From Octopus sinensis (Eukaryota): DNA of 27,861 nucleotides. The translations under genes and the position numbers were made by a program. The stretch is taken from assembly GCF_006345805.1 (NCBI RefSeq), contig NW_021833339.1, positions 1-27,861 of the forward strand, given 5' to 3'. Positions 9,768 to 21,841 of this stretch are shown piece by piece; positions within the stretch are counted from its first letter, which is position 1; each line of letters starts with the position of its first letter. The notes beneath the pieces are model-generated. The model saw nothing but the letters and a program-made list of their open reading frames with translations. It searched no databases and was not told the origin of the DNA.

Positions 9768-10860
9768 TGTGGTAAGGATTCTGTAGAATGCTTTATTGCT
9801 CAGTTTTTCAGAACGACGGCAAATTCTTGTGACCAGACTCGGGGCGTCTATTCTTGCAACGACCCCATGGTCAGTCGGTGGTTTGTTGCTATATAATCGA
9901 ATTTGTAAAATGCTTTACATCGCATTTCAATGACCTGCATTATAATCTTGTAACTTAATCTGAGGCCAGACATCAAACTTAATCTAAAGAAGAGCTTCCT
10001 GTTGTATAACCATGTCCTACATTTGTTTCAACATCCTTCCTCATGTTAGCATCTGCAATATTGTATAAAAGACACTACAGTTAACACTGAATGGGGAAAC
10101 ATTAACAAAGTCCCACTGAGTCCCTGCAGAAACTATCAGGTCCATTTGGTATCAAAACATGTCACGATGTCAGCAAATTGAAATTAAGATAAACAACTGA
10201 AAGAACGTGAGAGAATTTTTTTCATGAAAACCATTCATGTGGTGAAAGCCAGTCATCCGGATCCATATGTAGGATTCATTATTTTGATTTTTATGTCCTT
10301 GTCAATCCTTTAAGTTGATGACTAACAAGATTGGAAGCTGAAAAGAAAATTTCCTTTGCGTTTCCATTCTTCTGGCAATAAATCGTTTGACCAGAAACGA
10401 CGCGATTCAAATATAAAGAACTTTCAGAGTAATTAATTGACATAAAAACTATGACACCGTGGGAAATAAAAGAAAATAAGAATTAAATATAAGGATTTAC
10501 ACCACAAAATACACAACGCCATGTTGTATTAGATTTGTAACCATCAATCCGGATTTTCTCACCAACTTTGCAAAGCCAGGCACAGCATGATATTCAGAGA
10601 GTGAGTTTAAACTGATAAAGAATTATCTAAAAACAAATACGTCTGATAATTTGTCTGAGGGCCTTAGTTCTCCTCGACATTGAATAAGAATTCCGTTGAA
10701 ATACCAATATTTGATCATCATATAAAACTTTGTACACAAGAAACTACTCAAAGTCTTATGAAAAAGTGAAACCATATGACATTCTGGGATTTTTTATGGT
10801 AAAGAATTAATGAAAATGATGTCGTTCTTGGTTTTATTAAGCGATGGGTGGAGCCGTAAA
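9768..10860 (+). pseudogene. Possible highly decayed Maverick/Polinton-type protein-primed DNA polymerase B relic
   Basis: Short motif-like peptides in the expected order across frames: CGKDSVECFI, SCNL, LPVV, SLQKL, YLKT, WD, FIKR. Spacing is only partly consistent and this could be chance. Confidence 0.2.
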
Positions 10861-11029
10861 ATAGCCGCATAGTTCATAGAAGAAATATTTCTTTCGTTAG
10901 CCGTTAGTATGATCACAGATGATTGATTGCCAAGAAAAGGGAGGAAAAAGACATTACAAAAATGTAAGGAAGATTGTTAAAAACAGGAAAAAAAACAACC
11001 AGTAAGAGAGTTGTTGCTATTTTTGTTTT

Positions 11030-11230
11030 GCCCCCAGGTCAAAACAAAAATGGAAGGGATTCGTGATTAATTACATTCCATCTGTCATCATCAGGTATAT
11101 CCCCCTACCAAAACCTCACAAACCAGAGTGCACCCAGGTGACATTATCCAATATAGCATTATTTTGCACAGTGACTGACAGAGTATGATTTGAGAGATAT
11201 TTAGCTGTTATAACTAGCAAGTGGAACGGC
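11030..11230 (+). mobile_element. Decayed copy of the dispersed ~200-bp repeat family
   Basis: ttttgcccccaggtca... and gatttgagagatatttagctgttataactagc. Confidence 0.4.
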
Positions 11231-11618
11231 CCCTGTAGAAGCTTCAGTTGATAAATGCTATGCCCGTTGTAATGTTGTCAAATCTGACTGTTTTAAAGAA
11301 GTGAAAAAAAAGGGGTGACACTTTAATGTCAACAGAGATTTAAAGTAGATGGGCAACTATAAAAGACAAAGAGAAAACTGTAGTCGAAAAAATGTCTAAT
11401 GTAAGAGCCTATGGAATTTGTTCTCACACAGACTGAGCAATTGAGGCAAAGATACAAGATATAAGAGCGAAATATGTTAAATCATGGATCTGGAAAAAAC
11501 ATGGTAGAAAAGTCTAAACCAGCACTTCGCAATCTTTTCTTTAACTAACACGTTCCATCACCACCATCATACGATTCAACGCTCCCCTTTCATTTCATAG
11601 TGAACATATACCTATTAT

Positions 11619-11931
11619 GTGGAGGCGCAATGGCCTAGTGGTTAGGGCAGCGTACACGCGGTCGTAGGATCGCGGTTTCGATTCCCAGACCGGGCGTTGT
11701 GAGTGTTTATTGAGCGAAAACACCTAAAGCTCCACGAGGCTCCGGCAGGGGGTGGTGGCGATCCCTGCTGTACTCTTTCGCCACAACTTCCTCTCACTCT
11801 TTCTTCTGTTGGCCAGCTCGCTTGGCCAGCGGGGTGGTGTCATTTGAAGGCTAAAACAATGCGAAGCGCATTGTGACCAGCGATGTGTAATAACATCTGA
11901 TGGCCTGGTCGGTCACGGAAGAATCACGGTG
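11619..11931 (+). mobile_element. Full-length tRNA-derived SINE (head A + tail X) with 13-bp TSD
   Basis: A-box tggcctagtgg, B-box ggtttcgattccc; TSD ATATACCTATTAT at 11606-11618 and 11932-11944. Confidence 0.95.
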
Positions 11932-12202
11932 ATATACCTATTATAAGGCCAATATAATTTAGGTGCTGGACTAAGTTTGAAGTGAAGGGCTAGCTACCAT
12001 ATAAACAACCTGTATGTATAAACCCGTTGTGGCCACATTGAATATATCTTATTCTGATTTATAGTTGTATTTTCTCTATAAAAAAATACACACACACATG
12101 GTCAAACCCTCCTTCTTTCCTTCTTTCCTGAGCGTCCAATAATACTATAGTTGTTCCACGTTCTCGCGTTGTTGTGTTTTTTGTGCTTTGTTGTTTGGAT
12201 TA

Positions 12203-12246
<44 letters not shown>

Positions 12247-12322
12247 TGCAGCGTGGAAGGTGTTTATAAGCCATTTAAGAAACACACAAAACCGTTAGAT
12301 TCACTTCAACATTTACATTTAA

Positions 12323-12373
12323 TTTGTCAAAATATTTTCGTCGCTTTGAGACCGCGACCTGTTCACTGACAAA
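12323..12373 (-). ncRNA. Minimal type I hammerhead ribozyme-like motif with a compensatory G3-C8 core swap
   Basis: Minus strand: UUUGUCA-GUGAACA-G GUCGC GGUCUCAAA GCGAC-GAA-AAUAUU-U-UGACAAA. Perfect 7-bp stem I, 5-bp stem II, palindromic stem III. Confidence 0.65.
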
Positions 12374-12389
12374 GCTTCGTGCTGCATCC

Positions 12390-12437
12390 GTCGGTGAACA
12401 GGTCGCGGTCTGAAAGCGACGAAAATATTTTGACAAA
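12390..12437 (+). ncRNA. Second copy of the G3-C8 hammerhead-like motif (right arm), stem I shortened to 4 bp
   Basis: gtcg-gtgaaca-ggtcgc ggtctgaaa gcgac-gaa-aatatt-t-tgac. Confidence 0.5.
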
Positions 12438-12892
12438 TTAAATGTAAATGTTGATGTTGTTGCTTTAATTGTAATGTATCATAATATTACATTTGATATT
12501 TTGTTTCAAGTCAATGATGAAAAGAAGAGTAAGGAGACCTGGATCTCCTCCTTACCGACCTTCTCTCTGTCTAATTCTCATGTAAATCCGTTCTAAAGCA
12601 AAAAAGAAGCATAAAATAGTTGAATATACGTCAATAAATAAAATTGGTGAAAGAAGTTTGCGAAATGTAACTGGATGCTGTCGTTGTTTTCGTTGGAGGA
12701 ACTGAGACAAGACAAACAGGGACAGGAAAAGAAAACAAAAAAAAACATTGGAAGTGACACCCAGCAACAGACTTACAGAGAAAAAAAACACTGTCTGTCT
12801 CTATTCTACAAGAATTCCTCTGAAAGTTCTTGAAAGTTGAGAATTTTCTCACTAAATCTCATGACATTACATCATTGAAATGATCCGGGTGG

Positions 12893-13635
<743 letters not shown>

Positions 13636-13639
13636 ACAA

Positions 13640-15650
13640 CAATGGTTCCTTTATTACCCATGCAGGCGCACGCAAGAAAAACGAGGCCATTACAAGGACA
13701 AGATTCCAGAAAACAAGGGAGGGGCTGTCTACAAACAAAACTTACACATGGTTAAACATCATTTTTGCCAATCCAATTAAGGTCAACTTCCTCTCGACCC
13801 ATTTATGGTTAAGACTGACCACCCTGCTCGTCATCCCAGTCAAGTACTCGCCCAAATCGAGCCCAGAGATGTTTAACCGATTTGTACAGAGCACCACAGA
13901 ACACAGTTAAATGGCATGGGTTTTCCTCCCCAGTTGTTCATTTGGAGGCCCACCAACTGTTCCTGATTGATATTAAGTTGTGTCACCGCTTTGTACTCTT
14001 TAGAGCGGTGCCAATCACTTCGTGTGCTTGGTGTTTTATAGTATGATAGTGACATATTTTGAGACAGAACTTCAGCATTTAGTTGACGCAGGATGCACCT
14101 CAATGCCTCTAGTTCCGGCAGAAGTTTCAAGTCTGTTAATACAGTAGAGGCCGCCTTGACGGAATGAAAGCATCATACAGAGTAATTCCTATTTCTTTAT
14201 TACCCACAAGGGGCTAAACATAGAAGGGACAAACAAGGACAGACATAGGTATTAAGTCGATTACATCAACCCCAGTGCGTAGCTGGTACTTAATTTATCG
14301 ACCCCGAATGGATGAAAGGCAAAGTCGACCTCGGCGGAATTTGAACTCACAACGTAACGGCAGACGAAATACCGCTAAGCATTTCGCCCGGCGCGTTAGC
14401 GTTTCTGCCAGCTCGCCGCCTTATACAGAGTAATTCCGGCAGGAGAACATTTACTCTAATTACTACAACATCACTGTAGGTTGTCATGGTCCAGCTTTCA
14501 AGAGTTGATCAAAACCGTCCACTGTGAGAACTGGCACCAAGTATTAATGATCAACACGATCGAAAACTTAATCAATCGAAGACTTCGACCAATCAGAATT
14601 TAACCAAAGTTTCACCAATGCTAATTTCTCTGCTGCATCTTCTGTATGATGTATCGCATAACGTGGAGTTTGTTGGAGATAGAAATCTCTTCGAGGTGGC
14701 GCATCCGGAGCTGAAAATAAGCGATAAGCACCACTTCGCTAACATCTTGAATTCTGTCTCCAGTAAAATTATGGTCAGAATATAATTAATTTGAACCCTG
14801 TGATCGAGTCAGACCTTTCTCAGCAGCAGCTCATGCCTCGGCGCCCATGAATTAGAATCGTTTCGTTCTGCTTTCACACTTGGTAGACATCAGCCAAGAC
14901 TTCACTCAATAAATTTGGTATATAAGTGTAGATCTCGTAGGGCAGATAATCCAAACCAGGTTATCTATCCTTCGTTCAGCTTAGTAATGGCTTCACGTAT
15001 TTCCGTGTTTCTTATCGGTTTTCAGCAGCACTCCATCTCCACAGTCGAGAGTTGACATTAGGCCATTGATGCAGGCACTCAGGCACGGAAATCCATTCAG
15101 TGATACAGCCTGTCATTTGTCCCGAACACCCGAACGAGGTGCCACTGACAACCCTACACATCGGCTTGTGCACGAAGCATGTGGCTATTGTGCGCTGCCA
15201 AAGTCTGAGCTGTGTCTATGTTGGCATGTAGGGCTTCCACTGGCCGGAGCCATCGAACGGCTATCATTACTGCGTGGTTTAGAGCAGACGACTTAGCTCT
15301 GATGAACCAAACATCGTGCATTTCGTGGAGAAAATGGCCTTCAGCAAATCATGCCGCGTTCACGCCTATCGCCATGTCTTTCTAAAGCGGCTCTTGTTAT
15401 TTCTTAAATATGTTTCCTTCGAGCCTACTTTTTTCTACCGCTACTTACTTTTCGATTCTCCTCTAATCACTCCTTTCGAATTGAACCACCATTTTTTGTT
15501 GATGGCTGCCTCTGTCAATACTCACTCCACTAATTCGCTAAACTGGGTCTCTGGAAGTTTGGCGCACAGGGAAGTTGTGTTCATCTTCTAGCAGTTACGG
15601 CTCTGACTATGAAGCTTATCTAGGTCGTCCGTACGAATCACAGCCAACGA
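13640..15650 (-). mobile_element. Decayed non-LTR retrotransposon ORF2 (RT domain and flanks), L1/Tx1-like
   Basis: Minus-strand motifs in correct order despite stops and frameshifts: EIREAITKL (~14978-15004), PGLDYLPYEIY (~14928-14960), ETEFKMLAK, FDRVDH*YL..VL...GF (~14547-14564), SFRQG (14153-14167), EYKAVT..NIN....VGLQ, WVERKLTLIG (~13772-13801). Ends are approximate. Confidence 0.85.
14190..14422 (-). mobile_element. Full-length tRNA-derived SINE (MetaSINE-like) nested in the LINE RT, with 15-bp TSD
   Basis: Head aaggcggcgagctggcagaaacg, B-box gagttcaaattcc; TSD ATACAGAGTAATTCC at 14175-14189 and 14423-14437. Confidence 0.95.
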
Positions 15651-16055
15651 TTTAAAATCGTGGTTAACCTTTGCTACTCTCGTCTATTGGCCTACAGAAT
15701 ACATTATTTTGATATGATCTACATAACCCGCTGCACTTGAGGAAGAACAGGTTTCCGTCTTTGGGTGTGTTCTCACGAGTAAGTCGTTGTAGAGCTTTTT
15801 GTTTCTATTTTTCGTCCCCTCATCTACAGTACTTGATTGCACCTTTATTTCATCAACCGCACACAAATGTAAAGTAATACTGATTTGGGTGGAATCTGCC
15901 GTGAAAACCTAAAGTGCAGTGACATTGTTTTTGAACGCTTTGTCTTAATCGAGACGGAATACGCCTTCAGACACGGCTCTATTGGGATTTTCAAACATCG
16001 GAGGTTATGATGACAATATCTACGGTAAATAATAAAAAAGAATTTGTTGATATAA

Positions 16056-16441
16056 TGGGTGGAAGCACTCCGTCGGTTACGACGACGAGGGTTCCGGTTG
16101 ATCCGATCAACGGAACACCCTGCTCGTGAAATTAACGTGTAAGTGGCTGAGCACTCCACAGACACGTGTACCCTTAACGTAGTTCTCGGGGATATTCAGC
16201 GTGACACAGAGAGTGACAAGGCCGGCCCCTTGAAATACAGGTACAACAGAAACAGGAAGTAAGAGTGAGAGAAAGTTGTGGTGAAAGAGTACAGCAGGGA
16301 TCACCACCATCCCCTGCCGGAGCCTCGTGGAGCTTTAGGTGTTTTCGCTCAATAAACACTCACAACGCCCGGTCTGGGAATCGAAACCGCGATCCTATGA
16401 CCGCGAGTCCGCTGCTCTAACCACTGGGCCATTGCGCCTCC
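16056..16441 (-). mobile_element. Full-length tRNA-derived SINE (head A + tail Y) with 12-bp TSD
   Basis: Same head as the 11619 copy, with A and B boxes; TSD TTGTTGATATAA at 16044-16055 and 16442-16453. Confidence 0.95.
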
Positions 16442-16794
16442 TTGTTGATATAAACATACTCCGGAAAAGACAAAACAAAAGCACAAGTACGGTCCTTATA
16501 TGGAACAGGCTGTTGAGGAAGACCGACCCCAGATTCTTACTGAGAATGTCGGCGTTCTTGTCTACCTCTGACCCTTTATAGAAGCGAAAATTGAGAAGTA
16601 TAAACGCCTGACAACGTTCCAGTTATCAAACGTGCGCACTAGCTTAGATATGTGTGGTCTTCCGATCCTCTTTGATAATCACTTTAACTGACCTCACGGT
16701 ATCACCTTGCTTACTCCCCTTGCCTTTCACTCTCCTTTCAACATCTCATACACTCACCAAACAATTTTACAGCTTTTCTGTTTTGTTTTTCTCG

Positions 16795-16862
16795 CTGTGG
16801 TGGAGGTGATGATGGTGATGGTGGTGATGGTGATGTTGTTGTTGGTGTCGTTGTTGTTGTTG
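16795..16862 (+). repeat. Degenerate GGT/GAT/GTT trinucleotide tract
   Basis: Direct reading. Confidence 0.8.
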
Positions 16863-17214
16863 TACACATCGTTGAAAATGTTTTTGTTTATAAATACTTG
16901 TAATCCAGGTGGAACCAAAATAATAAACCAATATTTGTCACTCGACATTCGTGCGTTCGATTCTCAAAGAAACTACAATTTTTCTCTTCTTTTTTTTTTT
17001 TGTTAGCACAAATTCCGAATCGGTAAATTTCTGGCGAATCACTTATGAAGATTCCATCCGAAATGTAGCAATGAATGTCAGGTTAATCACCAATATTCTT
17101 TACAGATGTTTTCTGGAAGGTGAATTCAGATTATAAAACATACACGAAAGATTAAATTTCAAAACGACTGTTTAAACAAGGCAGAAGCCATATATGGCTT
17201 GAGATAATAGATGC

Positions 17215-17756
17215 GCACATACATAAATACATACGTACATACACATACGCACACATATAATTGCATACACATACATATACACATATACATGCATATATGT
17301 ATACATATATACACACATACATATATATACATAAATACATGCGCATACATATACACATATATATATACATACATATATACATGAATACATACATACACAC
17401 GTAGTCATACATGCATACAGAGAAACACACATACACACATGCATACATTCATACATACAAGCATAAATACATATACACACATACATACATACAAACATAC
17501 ATACATACACACATACATACATACATACATACATACATAAATACATACATACATGTATACTTACATACATACATACATACATACAAACATACATACATAC
17601 ACACATACATACATACATACATACATACATAAATACATACATACATGTATACTTACATACATACATACATACATACAAACATACATACATACTTGCATAC
17701 ATACATACATACATACATACATACATACATACATACATACATACATACATGCATGT
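17215..17756 (+). repeat. Long (TACA)n/(CATA)n tetranucleotide array with an internal 92-bp duplication
   Basis: Direct reading; source of the MYVC/HTYI ORFs including the 257-aa ORF. Confidence 0.95.
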
Positions 17757-19027
17757 ATATTTTTGTCTTTTTGCTGTTGAAGGTGACAAGGTTGGCAACA
17801 CTTTATTTCGAAGATGTTTCCAGACCATGATTTCTGGAGTCAGTTGAAATGTGGTTTCAAATTCCTCGATTGCCCTCGGATAACGATAAAGCGCGGCGGA
17901 TGAGGGAAAATAAAATTTGATAAGATTTGCCGAAGTGTGAGACATCTGGGGAAAGATGGCAAGCAGCTCACGAAATTTAAATTTGGGAGAATGTGGGTGA
18001 AAAGCGAACTCTTATGCGCCACAGAGATAACCATGTATGGCTCAGAATGACCTCCATCAGCAGATTCATTGACAGTAAAATCTAAAAGGTGTGCTCTGAT
18101 CTAAGAGGCAAGAAATGGGGGAGTCCATTCACGTGTGGTTTTCTCGGAAGATCCACGTACCAAAAACACTTGAAGTGTAGCTAACGTCGAGGGCAAAAAA
18201 AAAAAAATTGCTTATTTCATCAAATTTCTCGAGTGCTGATGCTTAGTAATGAGTGATCGAAGCATGGAGCGGATCTGGTTTTACGTGATTTAAATTGGTT
18301 GCCAATTAAGGAGGAAGGAAGACGAACGTTTTGTATAAGCTTCTTAATTTATTTCTATATCACCTTCAAAATATTTGGGAATACGAAGTGACAATAACTG
18401 ACAGAGTTAGAGGAGTTGTCTTCCTTGGAAATGAGACACACTGTAGCATATTTCCAAAGATTTGGTGATATAAAAGGGGAGTGAGGAGTAGAATAAATAG
18501 CTTGTCGAGGAAGGCGCCGTTTCTGGGAAGTAGTTTTGTAGCTGCTCTCAAAAGGATATTGACAGAACTGGAAGGTTCTATTGATTAGAAGTGACCAATA
18601 ACTTGTATAGGTTGTTGGTAACACAATAAAGTGATGGTCAGACAAATGGAAAGATGCATTGGCGGATTTAGTGGAAGCTGGGTATGAGGGTGAAAAAGAA
18701 ATCAGGGGTGTTTCGAAATCCTGTGTGTCCCACACGGAATGAAACAAGTTGATAGAATTTGAGTGTTGCAAAAGATTGGGATATACTACGAATTGCATCA
18801 ATAGAGAATAAAATGGTGAGGAGTATTTACTTCATATGTTTTTTACAACCCTTACCTGAACCTAAAATACTGCCAACAGTCAATAAAAAAAATATAACTT
18901 CCAACAATACATGAAGACCATTATCAATTACCAAAGAAAGGTGAGGAGAAATGGGCTGTTGAGAAAATCAAACTCAATTCAACTAATGTGTCCATCTGTT
19001 CTAATTTAATTAAATTCTATGTCTTTG

Positions 19028-19228
19028 TGCAGCTGTAGATTGCTCTGCATTTTAAATTGATGTAATGATTGTATTGTTCTAATAAATGGAGTTGCATGAA
19101 ACGATAGTACTGCATTAGCTCTGGATATCCTTGGTGTTTATTTTGATTTTCATTACCTTACTTTGAAATTGTATGGATAATACCGTACTAAATTCTGGTG
19201 CCTCAACTTAAGTACCATATTCCTCTGA

Positions 19229-19232
<4 letters not shown>
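19028..19232 (+). mobile_element. Left arm of a third Penelope-like or fold-back family, with a decayed hammerhead-like motif
   Basis: TGCAG-CTGTAGA...GAAAC GATA GT-A-CTGCA (19028-19114); 19057-19232 is the reverse complement of 19760-19935 at roughly 75-85% identity. Confidence 0.5.

Positions 19233-19285
<53 letters not shown>
19233..19285. repeat. (TATC)n microsatellite
   Basis: Direct reading. Confidence 0.97.
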
Positions 19286-19287
<2 letters not shown>

Positions 19288-19553
19288 ACGTGATCACGTG
19301 ACCGACCAGACCATCAGATGTTGTTACACATCGCTGGTCACAATGCGTTCGCATTGTTTTAGCCTTCGAATGACGCCACCCCGCTGGCTAAGCGAGCAGG
19401 CCAACAGAAGAAAGAGTGGGAGGAAGAGTGGTGAAAGAGTACAGCAGAGATCACCACCCCCTGCCGGAGCCTCGTGGAGCTTTTTAGATGTTTTCGCTCA
19501 ATAAACACTTACAACGCCCGCTGCCCTAACCAATGGGCCATTGCGCCTCCACA
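19286..19553 (-). mobile_element. tRNA-derived SINE (head A + tail X) with a 40-nt deletion removing the B-box, inserted in (TATC)n
   Basis: Collinear with 11619-11931 except that gcagcgg joins directly to gcgttg. Confidence 0.92.
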
Positions 19554-19759
<206 letters not shown>

Positions 19760-19995
19760 AGATTCAGTTGAATATGGTACTTAAGTTAAAGGCACCAGAA
19801 TTTAGTATGGTATTATCCATATAATTCAAAATGGAGTGATAAAAATCAAAATAAGCAACAAAGATATCCAGAGGTTATGCAGTACGATGGTTTCAGGCGA
19901 CACAATTTAATTAAACAATGCAAGTATTACATCAGTGTGTCGCATGAAACGATCGTACTGCATAACCTCTGGATATCCTTGTTGCTTATTTTGAT
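19760..19995. mobile_element. Right arm of the third family, ending in a local fold-back (60-bp arms 19845-19904 and 19936-19995, 31-nt loop) that abuts (TA)n
   Basis: Arms match at 57/60; contains GAAACGATCGT-A-CTGCA with the perfect palindrome ACGATCGT (19949-19956). Confidence 0.6.
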
Positions 19996-20259
19996 ATATA
20001 TATATATATATGAAGTGAGTTTTGTATCTCATGGGAATACGGTTGCGTCGTTTGCAGAATGAAACACGTGATATATGAAGTTTAAGTTGGACGAATTTAA
20101 TTCTCGTTTCTTTTGGCTTTGTAAGAACGCGTCGAGTCTGTTGATGTACTGCGAGTATCGAATGACGCGCAGAGAATCCCGGCCACGTTACACGTCCATT
20201 CCTATTCGTCCTCCTTCTCTCTTCATACGACCAATCAGCCCCTCCTCCACCAACACCGT

Positions 20260-20260
20260 G

Positions 20261-20309
<49 letters not shown>

Positions 20310-20310
20310 T
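20260..20310 (+). repeat. (CTA)n microsatellite
   Basis: Direct reading. Confidence 0.97.
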
Positions 20311-20444
20311 CGTTAGCACTAATATAGCCAAACAAGTTATTAATTACTATAAACCGCTCACCACCATCACTCCTAGAACAGTTTCAGCAATTAGCAAATA
20401 CAAATAAAAACTTCATCACTAATAACTAAAATTAGATCACGTGA

Positions 20445-20560
20445 CGATGCGTGATACAGTGATACAGAGCTGGGTTCGATCTCAGAACCCTACGACATGT
20501 TGTGTCCTTGAGCAAGTCACTTCATTTTACGTTGCTCCAATCCACTAAGCGAAAATGAAT
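20445..20560 (+). mobile_element. Decayed tRNA-derived SINE fragment (B-box plus CORE-like segment)
   Basis: gggttcgatctc B-box-like; tgtccttgagcaagtcacttcatttt CORE-like; related to 22375-22455. Confidence 0.55.
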
Positions 20561-21244
20561 ACCAGTAATAGCTTAGGTGTTATTCTACGGGGGTCTGTCC
20601 TCTAGTTCAGAGTTGGAGAAGTTTTCAACACTCAATCGCTGAAACCTGAAATCGTGACACACTATTTCCAACAATAAAATATAGACTACTAGTTGTACTT
20701 CCATAACTGTTATAGTCTTTACTAGTAAACTAAATTACAATAATTTATTTTTTCGGAGATTCTAGTCTCAACGAAGCTGCAAAGTTGCAAAAGTTCTTCC
20801 AATAATCTTTCGGCCTCAAGAACGGCGCCCCTTCTGAAATTGGATCTTTCCCTCCCTTCTCCTTTCTTTATTACTGACAACTTGTATTCCGTCCCCATAG
20901 TATGGTTTCCCTTGGGCGAAATCTACCGAGTCTTGGCCTCTGATATCATACACCAATCACCTCTCAACAGACTCATTGTTAAACATGATATCGTAAAACT
21001 TTCGTCTATAAAAGAAACTGCAATCCTCCTGGCAACTTGCTCGTCTATTTCCTACACTAATCCCTCAGAAGCTTCGCTTCGGGCTGTGTGGTATTTCGTT
21101 GCGTAGCAAATTTGCTCTCTTCACTTCACATTCCAGCAACTCAGATATAGTCAACGGTTCAGTATATCAATAGCCTACTCGTTGCTATCACTGAGAGGTA
21201 CGCTCCTAGTTAGATAACACAAACTTTCATTCCTGTTTCACCTT

Positions 21245-21251
21245 TCACACA

Positions 21252-21342
<91 letters not shown>

Positions 21343-21441
21343 CACACACAAACACACACACAAACACACACACACACACGCACACACACACACACAAACA
21401 CACAAACACCCACACACAAACACACACAACACACACACATG

Positions 21442-21477
<36 letters not shown>

Positions 21478-21478
21478 T
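21245..21478. repeat. Interrupted (CA)n array
   Basis: Direct reading. Confidence 0.97.
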
Positions 21479-21504
21479 AATCTGAGTCAACAAACAAGAA
21501 GCTT

Positions 21505-21705
21505 TTTACTGGTTCTCCGTCGGTTACGATGATGAGTATTCCAGTTGATCGAATGAACAGAACAACCTACTGGTGAAATTAACGTGGCTGAGTACTCCAC
21601 AGATCCGCATAACCCTTTATGTAGTTGTCAGGGAGATTAAGCGTAATACAAAACGTGACAGGGCTGACCCTTTGAAATATGGGAACTGCTCTACTTTTGT
21701 CAGCT
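21505..21705 (-). mobile_element. 5'-truncated SINE (tail Y only)
   Basis: Reverse complement of 22444-22643 with 8 substitutions and 1 indel. Confidence 0.9.
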
Positions 21706-21841
21706 TAAGAAAATCTTTCACTGAGAACAGCAATCAAATCTTTTTTAACAGCACATAAATCAAACTCACCGAGTTTACCACATGCAACACACCCCGAAAA
21801 CAGATAACTACAAAAGAGTTTTATTTTCTGAGCTTCCTTAA

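Larger units (their letters stand above)
12100..12454 (-). mobile_element. Probable Penelope-like terminal remnant with an internal (TA)n (12206-12242) ending in a fold-back (65-bp arms 12306-12370 and 12390-12454)
   Basis: Arms match at 63/65; hammerhead-like motif in the arms. The left boundary and the PLE assignment are inference. Confidence 0.6.

Noticed and set aside
11621-11690. tRNA-like sequences at SINE heads (also 14350-14422, 16370-16441, 24798-24865)
   Set aside because: They have A/B boxes but continue into SINE bodies, several with TSDs, and lack a proper acceptor stem; not tRNA genes
16480-16690. Frame DRPQIL...PFIEAKIEKYKRL reminiscent of a restriction-like endonuclease of R2/R4-type elements
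   Set aside because: The catalytic PD..D/E spacing is not met and there is no adjacent RT
17800-17860. TCGAAGA...TCCAGA/TCTGGA hairpin...GAAA resembling a fourth hammerhead
   Set aside because: The core has two changes that are not compensatory, GTT is inserted before GAAA and there is no stem I partner
17172-17945. 257-aa ORF, the longest in the track
   Set aside because: Mostly (TACA)n giving MYVC repeats; the unique N-terminal part has no recognisable motif
18355-18801. 148-aa minus ORF and a plus-strand NPVCPTRNET segment suggesting a LINE zinc knuckle
   Set aside because: The second Cys, His and last Cys of CCHC are missing; the shared 10-mer with ~20820 is too short to show homology
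20722-21150. Minus-strand frame of 143 codons with only 3 internal stops (LYLSCWNVK...), possibly a decayed LINE piece
   Set aside because: No diagnostic endonuclease or RT motif beyond a weak SCWNV; needs a translated search
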